From positions 4,110,001-4,142,000 of the forward strand of contig NC_009664.2 of NCBI RefSeq assembly GCF_000017305.1: a stretch of 32,000 bases of DNA. Reading direction: 5' to 3'. Below, piece after piece: positions 16,126 through 24,422 of the stretch. The DNA is from Kineococcus radiotolerans SRS30216 = ATCC BAA-149 (GTDB lineage Bacteria; Actinomycetota; Actinomycetes; Actinomycetales; Kineococcaceae). Position 1 is the first letter of the stretch. Each line of letters opens with the position of its first letter. The position numbers and the translations under genes are program-made. The notes under the pieces are model-generated. The model worked only from the letters and a program-made list of their open reading frames with translations. It had not been told where the DNA came from and ran no database searches.

Positions 16126-17055
16126 TCAGGGCAGCGGGACGGCCGTCCCGCTCACCGTGATCCCTCCCGCCACCGGGACGTCGACGGCGAGCACGCTGGG
16201 CCGCCCCACGTGGTGGCCCTGGTGGACCACGACCCGGGCGGGGACCGCGATCAGCTCCTCCGCGCGCAGGTACGCCCCCAGCGCCGCGGCCGCCGCCCCG
16301 GTGGCGGGGTCCTCGGTGATGTCGCCGACGGGGAAGAGGTTGCGGGCCTCGACGAGGGTGACGCCGGGCGCGGGCGAACCGTCCCCCGGCGCGTGGACGA
16401 CGGTGACGGTGCCCGCCCACCCCTGCTCGTCCATCAGCGCGCGCACCGCAGCGGGGGCGAACGTGAACCCGTCGAAGACGCCCCGCTCGCGGACGGCGAC
16501 GACCGGGTGCCAGTTGCCCGCGAAGGCTTCGCGCAGGGGCCAGCGGGCGTCCAGGTCGGCGCGCCGCAGCCCCAGCAGTCCCAGCAGGCGGGTGGCCACC
16601 GCGTCGTCGAGGTCGCGCACGGCCGGCTCCACGCTGGTGAAGGACGCCGCCACCCGGCCCCCGTCGTCGAGCGCCGTCTCGATGGCGACGGGCCCGACGG
16701 CGGTGTCGACGGTGAAGGGGCCGACCCCGCGGCGCGCGGCCAGCGCCACGGCCGTCGCGATCGTCGCGTGCCCGCAGAACGGCACCTCGGCCGCGGGGGA
16801 GAAGTACCTGACCCGCACGTGGCGCGGGTCCCCCCCGACCGCGGCGTCGACGACGAACGCGGTCTCCGCGTACCCCACCTCGACCGCGACCGCCTGCATC
16901 CGCTCCTCGGACCAGGCCGCCGCGTCGAGCACGACGCCCGCGGGGTTCCCGCCGTGCGGACGCGCGGCGAAGGCGGACATCCGCAGGACCTCGACCGCCG
17001 CCTCGCCGTGGACCCCGGCCGGGAGTTCCGGCGGGACCGGGGCGGTGCGGGGCAC
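16126..17055 (-). CDS. PhzF-family isomerase-like protein
   Basis: VEVLRMSAFAARPHGGNPAGVVLDAAAW...VGYAETAFVV...RVRYFSPAAEVPFCGHATIATAVAL...ITEDPATGAAAAALGAYL. The start is uncertain. The GTG at 17055 is chosen because it retains the first beta-strand. Alternatives are the GTG at 17118 (AGGA SD) and the ATG at 16980. Confidence 0.8.
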   Translation of the reverse strand: MPRTAPVPPELPAGVHGEAAVEVLRMSAFAARPHGGNPAGVVLDAAAWSEERMQAVAVEVGYAETAFVVDAAVGGDPRHVRVRYFSPAAEVPFCGHATIATAVALAARRGVGPFTVDTAVGPVAIETALDDGGRVAASFTSVEPAVRDLDDAVATRLLGLLGLRRADLDARWPLREAFAGNWHPVVAVRERGVFDGFTFAPAAVRALMDEQGWAGTVTVVHAPGDGSPAPGVTLVEARNLFPVGDITEDPATGAAAAALGAYLRAEELIAVPARVVVHQGHHVGRPSVLAVDVPVAGGITVSGTAVPLP

Positions 17056-17248
17056 GGCGTCGGCGGGGACCCGCGGGTCGGTCGCGACGGCGGTGGGATC
17101 GGTTCGGGGGTGGGCCACCGCAGGATCCTGCCCCGCGGGGACCGCGCGGGCCAAGGGCTGATCCACCACGGGTGGCCCGGTGCCGCGACCGGCCCGTCCG
17201 CCCGGGAAACCCGTGCCGCCGGTGGTTCCCGTCGAATACCCTCGCGGG

Positions 17249-17923
17249 GTGTGCGGTCCCGCGGCCACCGGCGACGTCGGTGCCCACCTCGACGAGTGGG
17301 TCCGGTGCTGGGTCCTCGCCCGCGGTGCGAGCGGCGCGGTCCGGACCCCGCACTGGTGGCGGGTTCCGACCGGCACCGCGACGGAACGTTCCCGGTGGGT
17401 CCTCACCACCGCCTCGCGCGCCGCGGTGCGCGCGGCGGTGGCCGAGGCCACCGCCGAGACCGACCACGTCAAGACCGCCGGGGACCCCGCCGCGTGGCTG
17501 CCCGAGCTGGGGCCGGGCTGGCGGCCGGAACCGCCGACCTGGTTGATGACCACCGCCCTGACCGCGGCGCCCGCGCCTGCGGTGCCGGCGGGGTACCGCG
17601 TCGAGACCGGCACGTCCTCCCGGACGAGCGTGGTCACGGTGACCGCCGACGACGGCACCCTCGCCGCGCGCGGGTACACCGCCGGGGTGGAGGACTTCGC
17701 GACGTTCGACCGGATCGTCACCGAACCCGGGCACCAGCGCCGCGGCCTGGGGTCCTTCGTCATGACCCACCTGGCCGCGGTGGCCCGCGACGGCGGCGCC
17801 CGCCGCGGTGTCCTGGTGGCCAGCGCCCAGGGGCGCGCCCTCTACACGACCCTGGGGTGGGAGTCCCGCTCCCCGATCACGGGCGCCCACCGGTGCGCGG
17901 ACGGGGGCGGGGCCGAGCGCTGA
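17249..17923 (+). CDS. GNAT family N-acetyltransferase
   Basis: The C-terminal acetyl-CoA fold reads [55 protein letters not shown]3 is low upstream of the GTG at 17249, which follows TACCCT (17237..17242) plus 6 nt. Confidence 0.75.
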   Translation: MCGPAATGDVGAHLDEWVRCWVLARGASGAVRTPHWWRVPTGTATERSRWVLTTASRAAVRAAVAEATAETDHVKTAGDPAAWLPELGPGWRPEPPTWLMTTALTAAPAPAVPAGYRVETGTSSRTSVVTVTADDGTLAARGYTAGVEDFATFDRIVTEPGHQRRGLGSFVMTHLAAVARDGGARRGVLVASAQGRALYTTLGWESRSPITGAHRCADGGGAER

Positions 17924-18587
17924 CCGGTGACGCTCCCCGGGGTCCCGTCGTCGTCGCGCTCGCGTCGCTGAACGCGGCCGTGCACGGGCGCAGGTCCTCG
18001 GCGCGGACCCCGGGGGCCGTGGCGCGCAGCACGAGACCCCCCGGGCCGCAGTCGAAGACGGCGAGGTCGGTGATGACGCGGTCGACGACACCCGCCCCGG
18101 TCAGGGGGAGGGTGCACTCCTCGACGAGCTTCGGGGTGCCGTCCTTGGCGGTGTGGTCCATGACGACGACGACCCGGGGGGTCCCGGCGACGAGGTCCAT
18201 CGCCCCGCCCATGCCCTTGACCATCTTCCCCGGGACCTGCCAGTTCGCCAGGTCCCCCCGGGCCGAGACCTGCAGGGCGCCCAGCACCGCCACCGCGACG
18301 TGCCCACCGCGGATCATCGCGAAGGAGGTGGCGGAGTCGAAGAACGCCGCACCGGGCAGGGCGGTCACGGTCTGCTTGCCGGCGTTGACGAGGTCGGCGT
18401 CCTCGTCCCCCTCGAAGGGGAAGGGACCCATCCCGAGGAGCCCGTTCTCGCTGTGCAGGGTGATGCGCACCCCCGGGGGGAGGTGGTTGGCCACCAGGGT
18501 GGGGATGCCGATGCCCAGGTTCACGTGGTCGCCGTCGTGCAGTTCCTGCGCGGCGATCGCCGCCATCTCGTCACGGGTCCAGGCCAC
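17877..18587 (-). CDS. 3-oxoacid CoA-transferase subunit B (ScoB/AtoA/PcaJ family)
   Basis: [35 protein letters not shown]...[12 protein letters not shown]...[30 protein letters not shown]...[23 protein letters not shown]...CTLPLTG. SD ggagga lies 5 nt before the GTG at 18587. The 3' tail overlaps the GNAT gene by 47 nt. Confidence 0.9.
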   Translation of the reverse strand: MAWTRDEMAAIAAQELHDGDHVNLGIGIPTLVANHLPPGVRITLHSENGLLGMGPFPFEGDEDADLVNAGKQTVTALPGAAFFDSATSFAMIRGGHVAVAVLGALQVSARGDLANWQVPGKMVKGMGGAMDLVAGTPRVVVVMDHTAKDGTPKLVEECTLPLTGAGVVDRVITDLAVFDCGPGGLVLRATAPGVRAEDLRPCTAAFSDASATTTGPRGASPVSARPRPRPRTGGRP

Positions 18588-18614
18588 GGGTTCCTCCGGT
18601 GCTCGCGGGTCGTC

Positions 18615-18905
18615 TCAGGAGGCCGCGGGGCGCGGCCGGGTGTTGCGCTGCTCGAAGAGGCTGCGCCGCTCGGTCTCGGCCTCGGCGACGGTGGAGCTCA
18701 AGGCCATCGCGATCAGCGGGTTGGAGTTCCGCCGGTCCGGCGGTAGTGGAGGTTCCCGTACCCGTCGGCGCTGCGGGCGTGCACGGGACCGACGTCGGCG
18801 ACGATCTCGCGTTCGAGCAGGTAGGTGCGCTCCTCGAACTCCGCCGTGGGTTTCCTCTCGGCGACCTCCGTCCCGACCCTGGTCCGCGAGCCCGCCGGGA
18901 TCGCG
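18615..18905 (-). pseudogene. remnant of CoA-transferase subunit A (5'-truncated and frameshifted)
   Basis: ...IPAGSRTRVGTEVAERKPTAEFEERTYLLEREIVADVGPVHARSADGYGNLHYRRT matches the middle of ScoA-type A subunits (IPAFYTPxGVGT.VAEGKE.REFDGR.Y.LE....D.A...A..aD..GNL.YR). After a frame change near 18723..18736 the match continues as RNSNPLIAMALSSTVAEAE (NFNP..A.A...T.AEVE). No N-terminal 80-90 aa are present and the C-terminus is shortened. Confidence 0.65.
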
Positions 18906-19328
18906 TCCGCGCACGCTGAGGCGGCCCGCTGCGCGGCGACCCTGACCGCGCTGGGGCGGGCCGGCAGCTCGGCCGGGGCGGACGAGCTGGGTTTCTTCGG
19001 CCTCCTCCTCGGTGAGGGCCGCGACGTGCGCGGGTTCGTGTCCGCGACGCTGGCCCCGGTGCTGGAGTACGACCAGCGCCGCCGGACCGGTCTGGTGGCC
19101 ACGCTGGAGGCCTACTTCGGCGCGGGCGGTTCCCCCGCCCGCGCGGCCGAGACCCTGGGGGTCCACGTCAACACCGTCACCCAGCGGCTGGAGCGCGTCG
19201 GCCGGCTGCTCGGTGAGGACTGGTCCTCCCCGTCGCGGGCGCTGGAGGTGCAGCTGGCGCTGCGGCTGCGCCGGCTGACCGACGCGGTCCCGGGGCCGGG
19301 CGCCCCCGGCCGGGGCGGGGACGGCTGA
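18825..19328 (+). CDS. PucR/CdaR-family C-terminal HTH fragment (lacks the usual N-terminal sensor domains)
   Basis: ADELGFFGLLLGEGRDVRGFVSATLAPVLEYDQRRRTGLVATLEAYFGAGGSPARAAETLGVHVNTVTQRLERVGRLLGEDWSSPSRALEVQLALRL is the PucR C-terminal HTH signature. Recognisable homology begins only around 18890-18950. The GTG at 18825 is merely the first in-frame start. Confidence 0.6.
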   Translation: MRSSNSAVGFLSATSVPTLVREPAGIASAHAEAARCAATLTALGRAGSSAGADELGFFGLLLGEGRDVRGFVSATLAPVLEYDQRRRTGLVATLEAYFGAGGSPARAAETLGVHVNTVTQRLERVGRLLGEDWSSPSRALEVQLALRLRRLTDAVPGPGAPGRGGDG

Positions 19329-19368
19329 GGTCCACGCCCCGCCCGGGGGCGGCCGGCCCCGGCGGCCG

Positions 19369-19977
19369 TCACCGCCGCCCGGCGGGGGCCGTGCGCAGGA
19401 GCCACGTCGCCAGCCACGCGACCCCGGTGGCCAGCGCGAGCAGCCCGAGGTCGAGGACGAGCTCGGGGACGAAGGCGCGCAGCGCCACGGGTACCGCACC
19501 GGCCGCGTACAGCGCCAGGGCCCCGCGCGGGGGCAGGGCCGTGCGCGTCAGGGAGGCCGTGAACCCCAGCGAGCCGAGGAGGAAGAGGAGGGAGCTCGCG
19601 GTGAGCGCGGCGCCGAGCGGACCGGCGCGCAGGTCGGCGATCTGCTCTGGGCCGAGTTCGGCGAACACGAGGTTGATGACGAACTCCACCCCCACGAGGG
19701 CGCCCAGGGCGAGGTGGTTCACCCCGAAGGCGATGCGGCCGAGGACGCCGATCCGCGGAGCGCAGACCAGGAAGAGGGCGGTGACCAGGGCCAGGGCGAA
19801 CACCTCGGCCAGGGGGGCGAGCAGCTGGGTGAGGGGTGTGGCCGGGACCAGTCCCGCGCGCTTGGCGGCGTTGAGGGCCAGCACGGCGGCGGCGAGGAGC
19901 CCGACGAGGCCGGCGGCCCGCTGCAGGGGGACCGGTGGGGCGAGCGGGGTGGGCGCGGTGGTGGTGGCGGTGGGCAC
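19369..19977 (-). CDS. hypothetical integral membrane protein
   Basis: About 6 hydrophobic segments are present (GLVGLLAAAVLALNAA, LAEVFALALVTALFLVCAP, HLALGALVGVEFVINLVFA, ...). The GTG at 19977 has a strong SD (ggagg plus 5 nt). The GTG at 20019 is an alternative. Confidence 0.55.
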   Translation of the reverse strand: MPTATTTAPTPLAPPVPLQRAAGLVGLLAAAVLALNAAKRAGLVPATPLTQLLAPLAEVFALALVTALFLVCAPRIGVLGRIAFGVNHLALGALVGVEFVINLVFAELGPEQIADLRAGPLGAALTASSLLFLLGSLGFTASLTRTALPPRGALALYAAGAVPVALRAFVPELVLDLGLLALATGVAWLATWLLRTAPAGRR

Positions 19978-20014
19978 GGGGACCTCCGGGGCGGTGGGGT
20001 GGACCAGCAGACGC

Positions 20015-20046
20015 TGCACTCTCGCAGCAACAAGTACGAGAATGCA
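20015..20046. promoter_or_regulatory. inverted repeat in the membrane-protein / MarR divergent region (candidate MarR operator)
   Basis: tgcactctcg (20015..20024), then a 12-nt spacer, then cgagaatgca (20037..20046). Nine of 10 positions are complementary. It lies in an AT-enriched stretch just upstream of the TAGGGT box of the MarR gene. Confidence 0.5.
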
Positions 20047-20070
20047 ATACCGGTTGGTTAGGGTGCCCCC

Positions 20071-20637
20071 GTGCCCGGTCCGAAGAACGTCCTCGTCGAC
20101 GTCTGGCTGCTCTCGTCCGTCTCCACCGCGCTGGTGGCGGAGGAACTGGCCGGCGGCTCGCTGTCCGTCGACGAGTTCGCCCTCTACGGCCTCGTCAGCG
20201 ACCTGGGGCCGGTGACGGCCACCCAGCTCGCGCAGTGGACGGGGATGTCCGCGACCACGCTCTCGGCGATCTTGCGCCGCTGCCAGGCCCGCGGGGAACT
20301 CACCCGCACCCCCAACGCCGCGGACCGGCGCAGCACGTTCGTGGAGCTGACCGACCAGGGCCGGCAGGTGTACCGCGCCGCCCTGCCCGCGCTGGCCCGG
20401 GCCCTGGAACGCGTCCACGACGGCGCCGACCCCGTCCTCGAGGAGGCGCGGCCCGCGCTCCAGCGGGTGGACGGCGCGGTGCGCGCGGCGCTGGGGCTCC
20501 CCCCGCGCCCCTACCGGCTGCCGGACCCCGACCTCGGGCCCGACGACGTCGGCGACCCCCCGCTGACGCCGGCGCAGGCGGACGAGGTGCGGGCGTTCGC
20601 CGCGTGGGTCCGGTACCGCGACTCCGCGGGGGCCTGA
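20071..20637 (+). CDS. MarR family transcriptional regulator
   Basis: SVDEFALYGLVSDLGPVTATQLAQWTGMSATTLSAILRRCQARGELTRTPNAADRRSTFVELTDQGRQVY is a winged HTH. TAGGGT (20059..20064) plus 6 nt precedes the GTG at 20071. Confidence 0.85.
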   Translation: MPGPKNVLVDVWLLSSVSTALVAEELAGGSLSVDEFALYGLVSDLGPVTATQLAQWTGMSATTLSAILRRCQARGELTRTPNAADRRSTFVELTDQGRQVYRAALPALARALERVHDGADPVLEEARPALQRVDGAVRAALGLPPRPYRLPDPDLGPDDVGDPPLTPAQADEVRAFAAWVRYRDSAGA

Positions 20638-20654
20638 CCGTCCGCGACGGGGCG

Positions 20655-20698
20655 GGGTGGCGGCCGGCGTCGCCGCGCCGGTGGCGAGGCCGCCACCC
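20655..20698 (+). terminator. long GC hairpin after the MarR gene
   Basis: gggtggcggcc (20655..20665) and ggccgccaccc (20688..20698) form a perfect 11-bp inverted repeat. The 22-nt loop has its own 5-bp stem (tcgcc/ggcga). An AT-rich stretch follows. Confidence 0.55.
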
Positions 20699-20790
20699 TG
20701 CTACTACGCTGAGTGTTTGTTGATCACTGACGGTAGCTGAATCGTCGTCGGCGAGGACCGCCAGGCCCCGCCCGCTCCCCGGAGGTTCCC

Positions 20791-22029
20791 GTGACACCCG
20801 CCCCCCCGACCCGTCGTCGGCTCCGCCGGACCGCGCGCTGGGTCGCGGCCCCGTTGCTGGCCGGCGCCGTCACGGTCACCGCGGCGCCCTCGGCCACCGC
20901 GGCGGGCGCCGTGCTGTCCGTCGGGCCCGGCAAGACCTTCGCGACCCCGTGCGCCGCGTTCGCCCGCGCCGCCGACGGCGACGTCGTGGAGATCGACGGG
21001 TCCGTCGCCTACACCGGCGACGTGTGCACCGTCCAGCGCGACCGGCTGACCGTCCGCGGCGTCAACGGCCGGCCCCGCATCGACGCCGGCGGCCGCAACG
21101 CGTCGGGCAAGGGCACCTGGGTGGTGGTGGGCGACGGCGTCGTCGTCGACAACGTCGAGATGCACGGCGCGCGCGTCGCCGACCGCAACGGCGCGGCGCT
21201 GCGGCTGGAGGGCACCGGTTTCACCCTGCGCCGCAGCTACCTGCACGACAACGAGAACGGCATCCTCAGCGGCGCCGACGCGTCGAGCGACATCGTGGTC
21301 GAGAACTCGGAGTTCGCCCGGAACGGGTACGGGGACGGCTACTCCCACAACCTGTACATCGGCCACGTCCGCAGCCTGACGTTCCGGTACAACTTCTCCC
21401 ACGACGCCAACGTCGGCCACGACCTGAAGTCCCGGGCCCGCACCAACACCATCGCCTACAACCGCTTCTCCAGCCTGCCCGCGGGCCAGGCCGGCAGCGG
21501 CCGCCCCAGCTACGAGATCGACCTGCCCAACGCCGGCACGTCGGTGGTCCTCGGCAACGTCGTCCAGCAACCCGCCGGCAGTTCCAACCCCGGCATGCTC
21601 AGCTACGGCACCGAGGGCGCCAGCAACCCCGGTCAGGACCTGTACGTCGTCAACAACACCTTCCTCAACGACGACGGCGTGCGCGGGACGTTCGTCCTCG
21701 TCGGGTCCGGCGTCACGACCCCGGTGCGCTTGCAGAACAACGTCTTCGCCGGGGTGGGGACCGTCGTGACCCAGGCCGGCGCCGTCCAGCGCAGCAACCA
21801 GCGCGCCGGCGCCGCGGCGTTCGTGGACCGGGCGCGCTACGACCTGACGCCGGCGCCCGGGTCCGGGTTGGTCGACGCCGGCACGGCCTCCGGCACCACG
21901 GCCGGTGGCGTCGCGCTGACGCCCGTCGCGCAGTACCGGCACCCCGCCTCCGCCGCCCCCCGCCCGGTGGTCGGCGCCCTCGACGTCGGCGCCTACGAGC
22001 AGGCCGGGCCGGCGCGCCGGGTCGGCTGA
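20791..22029 (+). CDS. secreted right-handed parallel beta-helix repeat protein (polysaccharide lyase/hydrolase-like)
   Basis: The N-terminus TRRRLRRTARWVAAPLLAGAVTVTAAPSATAAG is a signal peptide with a twin-Arg-like motif. Repeated beta-helix rungs follow: VVVDNVEMHG, LRRSYLHDNENGILSG, IVVENSEFARNG, HNLYIGH, FRYNFSHDANVGHDLKSR, TIAYNRF. SD ggagg precedes the GTG. Confidence 0.75.
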   Translation: MTPAPPTRRRLRRTARWVAAPLLAGAVTVTAAPSATAAGAVLSVGPGKTFATPCAAFARAADGDVVEIDGSVAYTGDVCTVQRDRLTVRGVNGRPRIDAGGRNASGKGTWVVVGDGVVVDNVEMHGARVADRNGAALRLEGTGFTLRRSYLHDNENGILSGADASSDIVVENSEFARNGYGDGYSHNLYIGHVRSLTFRYNFSHDANVGHDLKSRARTNTIAYNRFSSLPAGQAGSGRPSYEIDLPNAGTSVVLGNVVQQPAGSSNPGMLSYGTEGASNPGQDLYVVNNTFLNDDGVRGTFVLVGSGVTTPVRLQNNVFAGVGTVVTQAGAVQRSNQRAGAAAFVDRARYDLTPAPGSGLVDAGTASGTTAGGVALTPVAQYRHPASAAPRPVVGALDVGAYEQAGPARRVG

Positions 22030-22052
22030 CGCGACGCGCTGCGCCCCACCCG

Positions 22053-22076
22053 CCCGCCCGGACCCGGGTGGGCGGG
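22053..22076. terminator. bidirectional hairpin between convergent genes
   Basis: cccgccc gg accc|gggt gggcggg forms an 11-bp stem with a 2-nt bulge. It lies between the stops at 22029 (+) and 22091 (-). Confidence 0.55.
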
Positions 22077-22090
22077 TTCCGGGGCCGGGA

Positions 22091-23482
22091 TCAGCGGGTC
22101 AGGCCCAGCGGTGCCGTGATGCGCTCCAGCGGGACCAGCTTGAAGTTGGTGGCGACGCGGTCCGAGCCGTCCTCACCCGTCGCGGTGGGCATGGCCTCCC
22201 CGTCGTGGCTGACGAAGACCCCGTGCGGGAACGCCGGCCCGAGGTCGGCGGTGGTGAGGGTGGCGCCGTCGCTGTGCTGGACCCCGTCGACGGCGGGACC
22301 GCCCTCGGCCGCCGGGGCGCCGTCGACGACGGAGAACCCGCCGACGTAGCGCGGCGGGGCGTCCGGCCCCGGTTCCAGCGCGTAGGCGGCGAAGGTGCTG
22401 TCGCCCTGGCTGGAGGCCAGCAGGTACCCGGCACCGTCACCTCCCCGCAGGAGGGTGAGGCCCTCGGCGTCCGCGCTCAGGTGCGTGCCGCCCACCCCGG
22501 GGTCCGCGCCGGTGACCCGGCAGGTCTCGGTGTCCTCGTCGTAGGTGGCGGGGACGCCGAACCCGCGGACGGTGTCGACCAGCTGCCGCGAGGTGGCCCG
22601 GTCGCCGTCCACGGTGATCCGCCAGATCCCCACGTCCTCCTGGGCGACGAACCACGCGCCGCCGACGGCGTCGTGCACGACCCCCTCCGCCTGCGGGCCC
22701 TCCCCGGGCTCCTCGCAGGGGGCCCACGTCGAACCCCCGGGCAGGGTGAAGGCGGCGGGGAGGGCCTGGCGGCTGACCTGCCGGTAGCCGACGGTGCCGT
22801 CGGCGGCGGGGACGAGTTCCAGGACGGCGAACTCCGTCGTGTTCCGGCGGGTGGTCAGCACCTGCACGCCGCCGTCGGGGGCGAGGCCGGCGGCGAGGCC
22901 GTAGGCGTTGCGCTGCTCGTCCACGGCGGTCTCGGGGGTGTTGAACACCGGGGCGGCGTCGGCGGCGGTGACGTCGCGCAGGACCTCCGCGCCGGCGGCG
23001 GCGCCCCGGGGGTCGATCTCGAACAGGCGCAGGCGGTCGCGGCCGCGGTCGCTGACCACGGCCAGGTCCACCACGCGCCCCCCGAGGCGGGCGCCGCGGA
23101 CGACGTCGACGTTGTTGTAGCGGCTGCCCTCCTCCGCCCCGTCCGGGGTGGGCGCGACGTCGAGGTGCTGCAGCCGGGACCCGTCGAGGCCGTAGACGTC
23201 CAGACCGCCGTTCTTGAGGGTGCCCAGCAGGACCGAGTCCGCCGGGGCGGTGGGGGAGACCCACAGGGCGGGGTCGTCGGCGTCCGCGTCGCCGCCCGCC
23301 TCGTCGTCGAAGACCTGCGGGGTCTGCGCGGTGGCGGTCGTCGTGGCCCACCGGACGTCCGGCCCGGTGGCGGCCGCCCCCGTCAGCGGCAGCAGGGTCA
23401 GGGCCAGGACCCCGGCGGTGACGGCGGGACCACGACCGCGTCGGGCGCGGGGGGCGGTCGGGACGTGAGGCGTGAACGGCAC
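22091..23482 (-). CDS. secreted beta-propeller phytase (3-phytase, BPP) family protein
   Basis: The signal-like N-terminus is RARRGRGPAVTAGVLALTLLPLTGAAATG. FDDEAGGDADADDPALWVSPTAPADSVLLGTLKNGGLDVYGLDGSRL resembles the BPP entry motif (DDPAIW....P..S.I.GT.K..GL.VY.L.G). Later ...NNVDVV..., DAEGLTL and TNFKLVPLERI follow. GTG at 23482 with GGAG upstream. Confidence 0.75.
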   Translation of the reverse strand: MPFTPHVPTAPRARRGRGPAVTAGVLALTLLPLTGAAATGPDVRWATTTATAQTPQVFDDEAGGDADADDPALWVSPTAPADSVLLGTLKNGGLDVYGLDGSRLQHLDVAPTPDGAEEGSRYNNVDVVRGARLGGRVVDLAVVSDRGRDRLRLFEIDPRGAAAGAEVLRDVTAADAAPVFNTPETAVDEQRNAYGLAAGLAPDGGVQVLTTRRNTTEFAVLELVPAADGTVGYRQVSRQALPAAFTLPGGSTWAPCEEPGEGPQAEGVVHDAVGGAWFVAQEDVGIWRITVDGDRATSRQLVDTVRGFGVPATYDEDTETCRVTGADPGVGGTHLSADAEGLTLLRGGDGAGYLLASSQGDSTFAAYALEPGPDAPPRYVGGFSVVDGAPAAEGGPAVDGVQHSDGATLTTADLGPAFPHGVFVSHDGEAMPTATGEDGSDRVATNFKLVPLERITAPLGLTR

Positions 23483-23630
23483 GGTGCTCCAGAGGTCGGG
23501 TCGAGCGCTCGCGGGCGAGCCGGTGGGGGAACTCTGGAACCCGCGGGCGACGACCCGGTGTCGCCGTCCGTACCGGTCGGCGTCCGTCGGGTGACCAACC
23601 CGAGCGCCGTCCGTCCGGCGACCCGCGCCG

Positions 23631-24422
23631 TCAGGCGTCCCACCAGCCGCGGTAGAGCGTGCGCGTCCCGAGCTGCTCCGCCAGCGCCGTCCACGCCGCG
23701 TACCACCGCCGCCGCAGCCGCGCCGGCCGCCACGGCTGCGGGCGCAGCTCGGGCGGCAGCAGCGGGTCGTCGCGGACGGCTCGTTCGAGAGCATCGGCGA
23801 GGCGGAGCTGCTGCACGAGGGGGTCCGGCGCCGGGGGGCGGGCCAGGGCGTCGGCGAGGGCGTCGTAGGCCCGGTCCACCGGGGCCGCGGGCCACAGCCG
23901 TTCGGCCAGGGCGAGGGGGTCGCTGGTGCCGTGGACCTCCAGGCGGTCCGTGGTCGCCAGGACGAGGTGACGGCGGTCGGCGGTCGCCAGCAGCGCGGAC
24001 AGGTCGTGCGCGCTGACGTGCAGCCCCGTGGACACGGGGGCCGCGCCGACGGCGGAGAGCTCGCGCCGCCACGCGTCCCGCACGGCGCGGGCCGACTCCT
24101 CGACGCTCACCGCGAGCAGGTGCCAGGACCCGTCCCAGGGGGCTCGGCCGGTGTCCTGGGCGCGGGCCAGGCGCAGCGCGAGCCGGTCGCGGTCGAGCTG
24201 CGCCCGGCCGGCTCCGGTCAGCCGCAGGGTCCCGGCGCGGCCGCGGCCCCGCTGCTCGACGTCGCCGGCGGCGACGAGGCGGCGGATCGCCAGCCGGACC
24301 GGCTGGTCCGCCAGCCCGGCGGCGTTGGCGGTGCCGTAGACCAGGTCGAGCCCGACCTCGCCGTCCAGGGGCAGGAACGCCTCGACCACCGTGCGGGGGG
24401 CGGGGACCGGTGCCGCGCTCAC
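23631..24422 (-). CDS. PaaX-family transcriptional regulator
   Basis: The N-terminal wHTH reads LDLVYGTANAAGLADQPVRLAIRRLVAAGDVEQRGRGRAGTLRLT. It is followed by WDGSWHLLAVSVEESARAVRDAWRRELSAVGAAPVSTGLHVS and a PaaX_C-like tail ending LYRGWWDA. The GTG at 24422 overlaps the upstream stop (GTGA). Confidence 0.8.
   Translation of the reverse strand: MSAAPVPAPRTVVEAFLPLDGEVGLDLVYGTANAAGLADQPVRLAIRRLVAAGDVEQRGRGRAGTLRLTGAGRAQLDRDRLALRLARAQDTGRAPWDGSWHLLAVSVEESARAVRDAWRRELSAVGAAPVSTGLHVSAHDLSALLATADRRHLVLATTDRLEVHGTSDPLALAERLWPAAPVDRAYDALADALARPPAPDPLVQQLRLADALERAVRDDPLLPPELRPQPWRPARLRRRWYAAWTALAEQLGTRTLYRGWWDA

Noticed and set aside
18885-18915. Attempt to fix the exact scoA/pucR breakpoint.
   Set aside because: Both strands give plausible residues across this stretch (minus: ADAIPAGSR; plus: EPAGIASAH), because the DNA is quasi-palindromic at the protein level. 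The breakpoint cannot be resolved without alignments, so it is reported only as a range.
14530-18945. A 1471-aa ORF on the plus strand, the longest in the track.
   Set aside because: The translation is Arg/Gly/Pro/Asp-rich and low in complexity, with no domain-like blocks. It lies antisense or out of frame to five recognisable genes (HtrA-like, PhzF-like, GNAT, scoB, scoA remnant). Long stop-free frames are expected in DNA this GC-rich.
23510-23532. Possible PhoP-type PHO box upstream of the phytase gene. On the minus strand it reads GTTCCCCCACC g GCTCGCCCGCG, compared with the Streptomyces 11-nt repeat consensus G(G/T)TCAYYYR(G/C)G.
   Set aside because: Each unit matches only about 9 of 11 positions. 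The spacing is 12 nt rather than 11. The site lies just 27-50 nt from the start codon. The consensus is itself GC-rich, so matches of this quality are expected by chance in this DNA. It is worth only a quick PhoP EMSA if phytase regulation is of interest.
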